NCBI RefSeq assembly: GCF_021869535.1
Contig: NW_026262723.1
Location: 77,066,001-77,130,000 of the forward strand
Length of the DNA stretch: 64,000 nucleotides
Reading direction: 5' to 3'
Source of the DNA: Mytilus californianus
Lineage: Eukaryota
In this document: piece after piece, positions 49,783 through 62,344 of the stretch
How positions within the stretch are numbered: the first letter of the stretch is position 1
Layout: each line of letters starts with the position of its first letter
Notes under the pieces: generated by a model
Told to the model about the DNA's origin: nothing
What the model saw: the letters and a program-made list of their open reading frames with translations, nothing else
The model's database searches: none
Program-made: the position numbers and the translations under genes

Positions 49783-50900
49783 GCATCAAACTAAAAGGGT
49801 ATACAGACAGAACAACCAAAAATGGCTATCAAACTAAAAGGGAATACAGACAGAACAACCAAAAATGGCTATCAAACTATGGCTATCAAACTAAAAGGGA
49901 ATACAGACAAAACAACCAAAAATGGCTATCAAACTATGGCTATCAAACTAAAAGGGAATACAGACAAAACAACCAAAAATGGCTATCAAACTAAAAGGGA
50001 ATACAGACAGAACAACCAAAAATGGCTATCAAACTAAAAGGGAATACAGACAGAACAACCTAAAATGGCTATCAAACTATGGCTATCAAACTAAAAGGGA
50101 ATACAGACAGAACAACCAAAAATGGCTATCAAACTAAGGCTATCAAACTAAAAGGGAATACATGGAACAACAAAAAATGGCTATCAAACTATGGCTCTCA
50201 AACTAGAAGGGAATACACAGGACAACCAAAAATGGCTATCAAACTAAAAGAGAATACAGACAGAACAACCAAAAATGGCTATCAAACTAAAAGGGCTAAA
50301 AAGGAATACATGGAACAACCAAAAATGGCTATCAAACTAAAAGGGAATACACAGAACAACCAAAAATGGCTATCAAACTAAAAGGGAATACAGATAGAAC
50401 AGCCAAAAATGGCTATCAAACTAAAAGGGAATACAGATAGAACAACCAAAAATGGCTATCAAACTAAAAGGGAATACAGATAGAACAACCAAAATTGGCT
50501 ATCAAACTAAAAGGGAATACACGGAACAACCAAAAATGGCTATCAAACTAAAAGGGAATACATGGAACAACCAAAAATGGCTATCAAACTAAAAGAGAAT
50601 ACAGACAGAACAACCAAAAATGGCTATCAAACTAAAAAGGAATACATGGAACAACCAAAAATGGCTATCAAACTAAAAGGGAATACATGGAAAAACCAAA
50701 AATGGCTATCAAACTAAAAGTGAATACGCGGAACAACCAACAATGGCTATCAAACTAAAAGGGAATACACAGAACAACCAAATATGGCTATCAAACTATG
50801 GCTATCAAACTAAAAGGGAATACAAGGGACAACCAAAAATGGCTTTAAAACTATGGCTATCAAACTAAAAGGGAATACACAGAACAACCAAAAATGGCTA
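49783..50900. repeat. Minisatellite with a 41-43-bp unit (aaaaatggctatcaaactaaaagggaatacagacagaacaacc) and sporadic 13-bp sub-duplications
   Basis: About 1.1 kb of contiguous units; the period of 43 was measured between 49981 and 50024. Confidence 0.95.
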
Positions 50901-52974
50901 ATATGAATAAGAAGATGTGGTATGAGTGCCAATGAGACAACTCTCCATCCAAGTCAAAATATATAAAAAGTAAACAATTACAGGTCAAAGTACGGCCTTC
51001 AACACTGCCAGGTTACATTGCTTGGAAAGTTGCAACCTTAGTTATATTAATTCAATGACTTTGAAACGTTTTGCCTGAGTACTGAGGTACTTCTTTAAAC
51101 TGCTGGATTTTAGTCCAAATTATCACAAGTACCAGTTTTGAAACATTATTCATTTTAAAAAAAGGGTAATCATTTTGAAATACCCAATTGATTTTTAATT
51201 GCATCTAAGTTTCCAACTATGAATACAATGGCAATTGTTGTAATTTCATACAGGTTTTGTTTATGTTAATGAGGGTTTTTAGATAATTGAAACATTTTCC
51301 TTTTTTCACTTGCTGATACATTTACATTCAATATAATTGTCAATATAAATATACTGGCCAAGACATAAAGATTACATGTATTAGGTTTCTACACTACCTC
51401 ACATGACATTGACTTGCTATCATTTCATTCATACAAGTTGCACTTGTTTTAGTAGACTTTGAAGGAATGAAAAAGTAAATCTTTCCAAAGGCAGGTTAGA
51501 TATGTTAATTTAAAAATAAATTTCAGGGCTCATACAATAATGTTAATCTTTGTGCATGAAAATTGAAAAACAGTTTGCATGATTAGCAACTGGATGCCCA
51601 ACCTTTAACAATACCACATGGCCTGTATGAAATAAGCTGAAGATAAATAAGGAGATACGGTATAATTGCCAAAGAGACAACTATTCGCCAAAAGATGAAA
51701 GGACAAGAATGTAACAACTACGCCCCATTGTACTACCTTAAACAATGTGTAAAAGCCATACCAAATAGTCAGCTATAAAAGGCCCTGAATTACAAAATGT
51801 GAAATAATACATAATAGAAAACTAACAGCCTTACTTAGCTAGTATACTCTCTTTATAAACATTATGTCTGTGGGAAAAAAGTAAATCATAATGACTGATA
51901 ATAAATATTCATGCGGCTCTCCCTTTGGAGTAACTGACAGACACTTTGAAGTCAGAGTTAAACCACCCTTCCTGGTCAGTATGACCAGGAGATAGACTGA
52001 GTAAGGAATTAACCATTCAAATACTTTATTCAGTATTAAAATCAATACCAGTAGTTTAGTTGGGTTTTTAGGAGCAAGATTGAGGGATCATTGTATATTG
52101 GGAATTTTTATATATGTAACGGAGGTCTTTTTACCAAAAAATTTTACGAGAAAAAAAAGTAAGTCATAAAGACATTTCAGTATAATGATTAATTTTAGTC
52201 AAAAGATATTTCGTGAAAAGAGCCCTAGAACATGAATATCATCAGAGGACTTTTACATATTTGTCTTAAGAAAAAAGAAAATCAAGACTCTTATAATGGA
52301 TGTAAATTTTCAACTTTTGACAGTTGACATGCATTTTTCTAATAAGCGAAAACTGCATTATGAACCAGACATATACATTTAAAGAAACCCAATTTTTTTG
52401 TTTAGTTTTTTTTACAAGTAGTTGACATTTTTTCCCAATCTCATAAATGTGAAAAGCAAAATGTCTCAAAGCTTATAAATAGTTTTTATATGCCTGTTTA
52501 CGGGATGTATTATGGTATATTGTTGTCCGTCCGTCCATCGTCAACATGTCAGTCGATAACTCAAAACTTGTTAACCAGTTTGCATGAAACTTTAGTGAAT
52601 TGCTTATATCTATTGACGATTTTTATAATTTTTAGATTTTACGTTTCCGAGTTGTGGAGTTTTATTCATTAAAATAGGGGTGATTTTCCAGTTTTCAGAC
52701 AATAAATCTAAAGTGTTTTGAGCAGTTTTCATGAAACTTTGGTGAATTGTTTATGTCTATTGATGTTATCTCCCTTTTCGATTTACGCTCATGGGGCAGC
52801 TCTTTATTTTAAATTTTGTAATCACAATATCATTTGCTCTGGTTATACAACATCATGGCTTTTTTATGTGCCAATTTTTCTGAAGACTTTATTGTGCAAT
52901 TATCAGTTATCCCATTTGAGGTTTGGGAAGCAGGTTTGTCTTTCTTGCAACAATGTTGCTCAAGGCAAGACAAA

Positions 52975-53500
52975 GGGATTGTTTTGTTGTTGTATTGTGT
53001 TGTTTCTTTGTTTTGTTGCTGTATTGTTTAATTGGTTTGCTGTTGTCTTATTTCTTTATTTTATTGCTGTATTTGTATTTTGCTCTGTTGCTTTATTGTT
53101 GTGCTGAATCTATGTTTTGTTGCTGTGTTGTTTCTTTGTTTTATTGCTGTGGTCGTTCTTTGTTTTGTTGTTGTTGTGTTGTATCTTTGTCTTATTGCTG
53201 TGTTGTATTTTTGTTTTGTTGCTGTGTGGTTTCTTTGTTTTGTTGATGATGTGTTGTGTTTTTGTTTGTTTGCTGTGTAGTTACTTTGTTTTGAGTTGGT
53301 ATTGTTTCTTTGCTTTGTAGCTATGTTTTATCCTTGTGTTGATGATGAGTTGTATTTTTGTTTTTGTGCTATGTTGAAACTTTGTTTTGTTGCTGTTATT
53401 TTAGTTTCTTTTTATTGTGGCTGTGTTGCTGTGGTTCTTTGTTATTGTGTTTCGTTATTTGTTGATGTGTGTCTCTGTGATGTTGATGTGTTTTTTACGG
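52975..53500. repeat. Degenerate GT-rich minisatellite/low-complexity block (units like tgttttgttgctgtgttgtttctt)
   Basis: Extreme T/G strand skew. It gives Cys/Val/Leu/Phe-rich ORFs in all three plus frames. Confidence 0.85.
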
Positions 53501-53514
53501 TTTTATTGATGTGT

Positions 53515-54310
53515 AAAAACCCATACCGTATAGTCGACTATAAAAGGCCCCGACATGAAAAATATGAAATAATTCAATTGAGAAAACTAACGGCCTAATT
53601 TATAACAAAAGAATGTGGCGGGGTTAAACATGTTTGTGAGCGCTCAACCCTCTCCCTAGCCTGGGACAGTGGTGTAACAGCACAACATAAGAACAAACTA
53701 TAAAAATCAGTTGAAAAAGGCTTAACTCATCAGATTGACACAAAGCAGAAAAACATCAAACAAAAACACAGACCGGACGTGGCAGGGTACTTATCCATCC
53801 CTCATCCCTAACAACAAACAAAGACACAAAGTACAGATCTGAGAGTACTCGCAGTTACTGAAAGATAGTTCAAAGCCAATAACATCTAAAAAAAAAATCA
53901 TGTATCTAAGACTAAAATGTCAATCAGTACACATCCAATGGATTTACTGTAAAGATGTCATTAGCAGTCAGAGAAAAACATGACCTTGTGCAATGTCAAA
54001 ATAAAGGTATCGACAGATTGTAGTACCATTAAAGTGCATATGTGTATAACAATACTATTTAGTATGGTTTAAATTTACTGATAACAAAATCAATATTTAT
54101 ACCAATAAAAACAATATGCAAAAATCGAATTACAGTGATGAATTGGTAGCCTTTTAGAATAAGTTTATTTAAACAATCGATAAGTTTATCGGAATCGTAT
54201 ATTAATTTTCGAGAACGGTAAACAATTTCACCATAAAATTTAAGATGTGCTATTTTGTCTGAAATAAGTTTTTTACAGGTACAGCCAAACTTGCCAACCA
54301 AATCTTTGTA
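53515..54310 (-). mobile_element. Retroelement remnant: C-terminal ORF fragment plus a 3' UTR shared with the abundant dispersed repeat (Penelope-like, tentative)
   Basis: The minus ORF 54301-54059 contains LKFYGEIVYRSRKL...KGY, resembling the FYGDLVYK..GY C-terminal segment of bivalve RT ORFs (from memory). Downstream sequence is near-identical in blocks to 58040-58253. Confidence 0.5.
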
Positions 54311-54334
54311 TTTATGGAAGAATTTAGTAAAGGT

Positions 54335-54960
54335 TTTGTTGCTGTATTGAATCTTTGTTTTGTTGGTGTTTTCTTTTTTTTGTGTGTGTGTTTTTGTTAG
54401 TTGATGTGTCTCATTGTTTGTTGCTGTGTTGTTTCATTGACAGCTGCTTCTTTGTTTGTTAGTGTCTTTGCTGGTGTCTTTGTTATGTTGCTGTGGTGTT
54501 TATTTGTTTGGCTGCTGTTTCTTTGTTTTGTTGTCGTATGTTATATTTGCTTCGTTTTTATTGTTGTTATGTTGTTTATGGTTGTTGCCGTTTTTTCTGT
54601 TCTGTTGATATGATGTGGCTGTGATATATTGCAGTAATGGTTTGTTTTTGTTGCTGTGTTGTTACTTTTTTCTATTGTTGTATTATTTCTTTTAAGCTGT
54701 TGTGTTGTACCTGTTTTATTGCTGTATTTGTTGTTATGTTGTTGTGTGTTATCTTTGTTTTGTTGTTGTGTTATATCTTTGTTATGTTATGGGTTGTTTC
54801 TGTTTTGTTGCTGTGTCGTTTCTTTGATATATTTGTGTGTTGAATGTTTGCTTTGTTCGTGAGTTGAGACTTTGCTTTTTTGAGTGTTATTACTTGACTA
54901 CTTTATTTGTATTGCTAATTTGTAAATCTTTGCTTTGACGCTGTGTCGTTTATTAGCTTT
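54335..54960. repeat. Second degenerate GT-rich low-complexity block
   Basis: Same composition and unit style as 52975-53500. Confidence 0.85.
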
Positions 54961-56122
54961 GTTGTTTTTCGTTTCTTCTCTGTTCGAATATTTCTTTGAA
55001 ATGTTATTTATTTGCAATTTTTTGTTGTTTTATATTTTTTTAATTTTTACACCTTCAAGAGATTGATTGGAATCATGTTATAGCTATCTAAATCTTTGCC
55101 AGGAACTATTTACTCGTGATCTGATGAAGTATAAATCCAAAAAATATTTTTAAAATGTTCGGAAAACAACAGTTTACAATCGATTTTTTTCTTCAAGTAC
55201 TGGCATGTATATCGTGGTGTCCATTGATATAAAGTTTAACACACATACATGAAATACAATACATGAAATAGCTTAAAACTAATTTATGATAGGATGTGTC
55301 TAATTGTTTATTCTTATTCCCGAAATGGTGCCTAGGTCTAGTTTGAAATTGTGTCAAAATAGAATACTAGTATTTAAGGGTACTGGTTTTGTCTGTTTAC
55401 AACTATTTGCTCATTTCTAAAGATTTAATTGAAACTCCGTATATCAAATACACAATATGTTGAACAGATATAGGATGCATGTTATTCCATTTATGTTTTC
55501 TATTTTCTATTTCCTGTCATAAAAATACAAGGAAGAAAAATCATCTCCTGCAGTGCTACATGTCGTGCTTTTCAGTTATTTCTAGGAAGAAAATTGTGCT
55601 ACCTTCATCAATTATTTAAATCGATATAACTTCTAAGAGATTTAATTACTTTAATTTATGTGGACTTTCAAACTAATTAATATCAATAAATGAATGAAGA
55701 GCACATCGATCCGTTACATCATAACTATATGAACACACATTTTAAAATTGACAGAATTTTCATTTGATGCAAATTTTTAAATCTGACTCTTTGCTATTTT
55801 TCTTTTTTTTTCATTTCTATTGACCACACGGAGTTCTATGACTACTGCGGAATATGTACGTTAAGGTAAACATTTCAAGCATTTATTTCTACAGTTGTGT
55901 TTTATTATACTGTATTGTCTATTAGGATAGTCTTGAGGACGATCGAAATGTAAAAACTTCTTAGCAACGTTAATCAGTATGCAAAACGTCGTAACAATAA
56001 ACCATAATGACGTTACATCGGAGGCATAGTTGCAGAAATGTAAAGGAAAATATTGTATTTCGTTGTATTTGAGCTCATAAAATGAAAATGGTCACTTGAG
56101 AGGAACTTATGGGAAAAAGAAT

Positions 56123-57001
56123 ATGTCAGTAAGGGATTCTGCCACCCCCCGAGAATTCCTGAGATTGGCAGATACCTTGGTTGACAAAGGATATCGTCTT
56201 GGACCGAAAATAGGAGAAGGAACATATGCGAAAGTTCGTGTTTGTGAAAGAAATACAGATGGTAAAATTATGGCGGTAAAGATTGTCAACTTAAAGGGAG
56301 CATCTACGGATTATATAAACAAGTTCTTGCCTAGAGAACTCAGCGTAATACAGAGAATGAATCACAAGAATATAATACATACGCATGAAGTCATAAGGAA
56401 TGACGATTTATTGTTTATGGTGACTGATTATGCTGAACGCGGGGATCTTTTATGTCATATCCGAGATCATGGCCCTATTCCTGATGACGAAGCAAAGAGA
56501 ATGTTTACACAAATTGTTGGGGCAGTGCTATATTTACACTGTGATATGAATATTGCTCACCGAGATCTTAAGTGTGAAAATATTCTGATAATGAGGGACA
56601 GATCTGTTGTTCTCAGTGACTTTGGATTTGCCCGACCTTTGGATCAAAGTGATCCGCTGAAAGGAAAATACCTTAGTAAGACATTTTGTGGAAGTCCTTC
56701 ATACTGTTCTCCAGAGGTTTTACGTGGGGTTCCATATGATCCAAAAATGAATGATATTTGGAGTCTTGGTGTTCTTTTGTATGTAATGGTTACCTCTGCC
56801 ATGCCTTTTGATGATAGTAATGTGAGATTGATGGTCAATAAACAAGTGTGTGGAGAAATCAAATTTCCTCCGCGATTGGAAAGCAGGATTCATCCTGACT
56901 GCAAACGTCTTATATCACAGTTGATAGAACCTCATGCATGTAAAAGACCGACTGTGGATTGTATATTGAAGTCAGAGTGGATTTTATCTAATTGTAAATA
57001 G
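56123..57001 (+). CDS. TSSK: Testis-specific serine/threonine kinase (TSSK family), intronless, 292 aa
   Basis: Uninterrupted kinase domain: IGEGTYAKV, MAVK, KFLPREL, HRDLKCENIL, LSDFGF, SKTFCGSPSYCSPEV, DIWSLGVLLY. KFLPREL, HRDLKCEN and TFCGS are TSSK signatures. The first in-frame ATG is at 56123; the ORF track's 56096 start is a TTG. Confidence 0.92.
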   Translation: MSVRDSATPREFLRLADTLVDKGYRLGPKIGEGTYAKVRVCERNTDGKIMAVKIVNLKGASTDYINKFLPRELSVIQRMNHKNIIHTHEVIRNDDLLFMVTDYAERGDLLCHIRDHGPIPDDEAKRMFTQIVGAVLYLHCDMNIAHRDLKCENILIMRDRSVVLSDFGFARPLDQSDPLKGKYLSKTFCGSPSYCSPEVLRGVPYDPKMNDIWSLGVLLYVMVTSAMPFDDSNVRLMVNKQVCGEIKFPPRLESRIHPDCKRLISQLIEPHACKRPTVDCILKSEWILSNCK

Positions 57002-60000
57002 ATTACGAATATTTAACCAGTTTCATAGTTTATTTATAAAAGGAGCGAATATTTTAACCTCCAGTTTTTAAATCATTTCGCATATTAGGATGAGAACTTC
57101 GATTCTCAAAAAATGATTTAACTTTAGTCGGAAGCTTGGGATGTATAAATGCGTATTAAATATGCAGCACAAGAATTGTATTTGTCTGTATTTGTTGTTC
57201 AAATGTTATCAAGAAAAATTATCATGTCCTTTTTGTTAGTTTTCAATGTATATTTAATTGTTTATTAAATGAAATATTTTCTGTTAAAATATGAGATTTG
57301 TCTTGACAAACAATGTTGCAGACTTATGACTTAAAAATTCTTTCCGAGGACACAATGTCATATCTTTACCAGAGACTGTTGATCTTTATACAATTTTTCA
57401 AAATTTTCATGTTGCGTGTTGTGGTTAATCATTCTGTGTCCGGTATACTCATTTGTGTATTGTGTGATTATTGTCGCAGCCTGGGAAGCGAGACCTAGCG
57501 ATTCTAAATTCCACTCCTAAATTCCGTCGCCGTCGACGTTGTCGTCGAAAGTACAACCATAAAGTTGTGATATTTTGAATTGAAAAAACTTAACTAAACT
57601 TGTGTAAAATGAATTCAGGGAAATTGGTATTACTACTTATTTGCCATCATCTTTAGTAAATTTGACCATATTTTAATGTTTTGCAAATGTTCGTATTTTC
57701 ATCATTTGCGGGGATAATTCTACGTTGTCCCTACTTTATATCAATTATGTTGTTTAATTTCTGTTCATTCATCTTTTCGAGAAGCAATTTGATAAATGCT
57801 TTTCACTTTTAAATAATAATGCAATTTACACATCGTTTTTATGACTGTTTTTACGTGTTATATGTTTAAATTCCTTCATTAAGACAAATTAAAAGGTACA
57901 CAATTTGTACATTATAAAAAAAGGGGATGTGGTATGATTGCCAATAAGACAACTATCACAAAAGTTCAAATGAAGTGGAAGTAAGCAATTAAAGGCAACC
58001 GTACGGCCTTCAACAATGAGAAAAAAACCCGGCATACCGTATGGTCGGCCCCGACATGAAAAATATGAAACAATTCAATTGAGGAAACTAACGGCCTAAT
58101 TTATAACAAAACAGTTTACGAAAAGCAAATATGACAGACATAAACCAACGACAACCACTGTACTACAGGCTCCTGACTTGGGACAGGCACATACAAAATG
58201 TGGCGGGGTTAAACATGTTTGTGAGCGCTCAACCCTCCCCTAACCTGGGACATGAACATTTAATACGAATAAATCGAGAATATCGTACGTATATGTAGAA
58301 TAATCAAGACGACCTAAACATATAAGATTTTTTTAATGGATTAAAGATGGTTGTCCTTTTATGCTTTGTATAAAACTGAACAAAGCTTCAAATGATTGTT
58401 TTATTTACAAAGATTGACGAAAGTTTCCATGACGAGGAGTAGAGTGGTAGATTTCTTCAAATGCTTAGGATTATTAATTTAGAAATGACTCTAAAAAGCT
58501 TCTATTTGAAGCTAATATTTTGCGGATATTCCCATCAAAATACAGCAAAGAAAATACAATTCTATGACAGGCTTTTAATGCACTTTTCTTGGTAACAGTT
58601 GAAAGTAAGACAACATAAAAATCTAGACAGTTTTACAGATAATTTCAAAACCTATACAATTATGGTTTCAATATAACTTTTAATAAATAAATTAGGTATT
58701 AATTTTTTCACCATCACAAGAAAAGTTACTATTTCGTTGTCAAGTTATCCCACTTTCGAAGTGCATTTAATATTGTTATTGAAACAAGAAACCGACAATA
58801 TAATACTATACCTCTCATAAATGGCAATGAAGTCGACTTGAACAATATACTTAAGGAATATAAACTTGACTGTGAATCCCTTACCATGGTTGAGTATATA
58901 TGGCTAATGCTACAACAATTTAGACATTCTCTAGGCACAGTGGTATCTTACAGTGCGAAGTCTTGTCCTTTATTTATGCTTTATTGGTACTATACAAAGA
59001 ATTTGAAAAAAATGTATGTTGTTTACAAATACCAATAGTATGATGCTATCAAAATATTTTTAAATAACAATTAATGTACTTGTGATTTCTAACCATAATC
59101 TGTTTTAATCCTACGTCTATATGATTAACATATGTCACTCCTTATGTGTAACATGTCGCTCTAATCAAAACATGACTTGCAGACCATTAATTCACAGCAT
59201 GGAATACTATGTGTACCATAAAAGGTAACCGTAACGTTAATCTGCAGATAAAAGGAAGGATCGACGGTAGAAAAAACTAAAATCGACACTGCCAAAACCC
59301 TTTGACACCTACTTAGAGTATTGAAATTTCGATTCAATGACCTGAATTAATCTCATATTTTCATATATACTTGTAAAAATAGTATGCATGTACATATTAT
59401 CCATGATTAAGTCTGTGTAAATCTGTTTGAATAGGGCGAATTCGATTTTAGAATTATGACTAAAGCCTTAACATTATAAATAATAATTCACCGAAATGAC
59501 CAAGGTATATGAATTTGTCCAAATACTTATTTGAAGTAAATGTGAAATTATAGGGACATACTAAGCAGAGGAAAATGAAGTTAAAAGAGGTGAAGGATTA
59601 TTCAATGGTATTGCAGGTAATATTCTTATACTAGTATTTATATACATTAATCTTGTAAATTGCCAAATAATTGTAAAAATTGCACACATTTCAAATGAAC
59701 TCACGAATAGTTTTCTGATCATTTGCTCCCCCTCCAAACAGAACTGAACTATACTTTTAATTGATCTCGAATAACAGTCAGTGCTGTTGTAACGAATCAA
59801 GTCTGAAAATTATCTCAAGTGGGAAGGATTGGATTTAGGGTACAGATACAAGACGACTTAATGGAGGAATTCAAAAATATGTAGACAAAAAAACCCACTT
59901 CAATGTTCTCAATAATGAGAAAAAAATGATGCACCTGACTGCAAGTTAAATATGATCCCTTTAAATCCCACCACCTGCAAAGAAGCAAACACAGCAGAAC

Positions 60001-61339
60001 ACAATAAAAAATAGAATACACACTAAGCAATCGCTGCTCATAACATTTAGGACACCCTCTCATTCTAATCGGCGGACATAGTGGAGATTTTTTTAAATAC
60101 ACTTACTTTTAACATTTTTTAATTTCATAAGAGTAATGTACCACTTTTATGGTCGCCTAGGCAAATGTGCCAGTGTGGGCTACTTCCATCACTTTGTGTT
60201 TGGAGTCTGTTCGCTGTCCGTCCGTCTGTTAACTGTAACCAAAGGGTTTATTTAGATATTTTAAACCAAGCTATTTCGAAATCATTTTAACGGTGTTTTA
60301 TTTCAAAAATGATATATGTTCCTGCTGTTTCCGCAAATCAACAAACATAACCACTGTTACTAAAAAATAGAGCAAAAGACAAAAAGGAGGGCCAAACAGA
60401 CACCTTATTTAATTTACAGTTGCCTACTTTTACCATAATTGTATAGATGACTTTCGATGTAGATATTAATCTTATTGTTGGTCTATAATTGTATGAAAGT
60501 TAAGGAACATATTTTGTAAATAGATATAAGAAGATGTGGTATGAGTGCCAATGAGACAACTCTCCATCCAAGTCACAGTTTGTAAAAGTAAACCATTATA
60601 GGTCAAAGTAAGACTTTAATTCGGGGTTTTGATACTTTTGATCTGTTTATGGTCATTATATAGGTTACACAATTTCATTTAGATAACAGTTCCCCCTCCG
60701 TGTTTAATCTGTTTATTTTGCAGATTTGAGATTTGGTATATAATTTTATAACGAATAGTTGCAGATCACATGACTTTTGTGCTAATTGACTTGCCTTTGA
60801 GCTGTGGTCATTGGTCTGATTAAAAATATTATTGAGATTATAGTTTACCTCTTCCGTGTTTTCATGCTAGCTCCTTTGCAGATATTGAGATTTTATTTCT
60901 TTTAAAACTGAAACGATAATTCACATATGAGGTTTGTTTTGGTTGACATAATTATGTCCCTTGGGCTTAGAACTTGACATAAAAAACTGTTTTTTTTTCA
61001 TGATTTAAGCCTTCTTTATAGATATTGATCAGAATCTGTGTATAAAATTGTATAATAATTAAGTGCAGGTTTTGTATTAGTTTAATTCGTCCTACTTTTC
61101 ATGTCTGTACTATGACCAATGAAACTATAAAGTTTCTTTTAAAACATAGTTTTCCTATCTATTTTCAGCATGCTATCTGGTTTAAAACTTTACAATTAGT
61201 GTCTCTGGATCACAAATAATTTTTGTGCTGATTAACTAGCTTTTGACCTATGGGCGTATGACATAGAAAATGTCATTAGCATTAATTATTCCTCTCCGTT
61301 TTCTGTCTCCTTGTACAGGTATTGAGCTACTTTTGCACA

Positions 61340-62225
61340 GGACCTGCAGACTCAACTCAATGCCTTCCATGATTATTGTAAGGCTTGGAAATTGAAAGTA
61401 AACGTTGACAAAACTAAAGCCTTAGAGTTTGGTTTTGGACGTTTGCCAAAAAATCTCCGATTTTCTTACAATGACACTAACATTGAGATAGTAAAGCAGT
61501 TTAACTATTTGGGAATTGTTTTTACTAAAACAGGAAATTTTATTAATATGACAAAAAAAGCCATGTACGAAGTCCTGAAAATGGGAAGGATATATGCATA
61601 CATAAAGATTCTGTTTGTCAAAAAAAAATTTCAAAATTGTGGTTTCTCATATAACACAAAATTTCATTGATAAAGATTGGTTAAAAACTGTTAGACCAGT
61701 TTCTTTAGAATTGGAATTCGCTAATCCAAAATTCGTCAAAAGGTATTAACTACAAATTTTTTAAGAACAACTGGGAATTTGAGGAATATTTTAATATTTT
61801 GGACTTTAAAGATGCCGTTGTTCTCTGTCGATTTCGAACGACTAATAACAAATTTCCGATTGAAACAGGAAGGTGGCAAAATGTATTAAGAGAAAACCGT
61901 TTTTGCCATGAATGTAACAATCGACAAATTGGAGACGAATATCATGACTATATATTTGAATGTAATTTTTTCGATCAAAAACTTAAAGAGTATTTATCCT
62001 ATTTTGTACAACGGCATAATACAGTTAAATTCTCTGAACTTATGTCGAGTACACGAAAACCAGTCCTGAAGAAGCTTTGTTCATTTATAAAAAATATTAA
62101 TACTTGTGTTTGTCCTCCTGGCTAGTGACTTTTGTAACCTATCTCCCTTTTTTTGTAAATATTGTAAATAGTTATTGTTGCTATCTCTGTACTGATGTCA
62201 TGCATTGGCTTTATGAGAATAAAGA
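61340..62225 (+). mobile_element. Decayed, internally deleted LINE fragment (RT C-terminal part plus zinc-knuckle tail)
   Basis: DLQTQLNAFHDYCKAWKLKVNVDKTK...FNYLGIVF and LCRFRTTNNKFPIETGRW...CHECNNRQIGDEYH..FEC, ending at AATAAA near 62217. Same broad group as 27174-28200. Confidence 0.8.
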
Positions 62226-62344
62226 TATAGATCAATAGGTAAATACAATGATTAATTACAAATCACATACGAGTTTCGTTCTGAATGAATGTCCTTTTTA
62301 CTCAGAAAATTTCATCAAATAATAAAATAACAGTTTCTTCTCCG

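Noticed and set aside
49740-50381. Repetitive ORFs (MAIKLKGNTDRTTKNGYQT...)
   Set aside because: Translations of the 43-bp minisatellite; the unit is not a multiple of 3 and the frames shift.
53700-53740. Possible second hammerhead (minus-strand CTGATGAG) in the retroelement 3' UTR
   Set aside because: No GAAA box follows the putative stem II (it reads TGATTT), so there is no complete core.
52718-54862. Cys/Val/Leu/Phe-rich ORFs resembling membrane or metallothionein-like proteins
   Set aside because: The GT-rich low-complexity strand lacks stop codons in all frames; no splice or codon evidence.
56096-56122. TTG start for the TSSK given by the ORF track
   Set aside because: Eukaryotic gene; the first in-frame ATG is at 56123 and leaves the kinase domain intact.
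58703-59038. Stop-free frame of about 112 codons downstream of TSSK
   Set aside because: No recognisable domain or convincing splice sites; roughly one such frame is expected by chance in 64 kb of this composition.
59561-60102. Two adjacent minus-strand ORFs (79 and 95 aa) as a possible gene
   Set aside because: No recognisable motifs, and I could not build an in-phase exon chain. A BLASTX or RNA-seq check would settle it.
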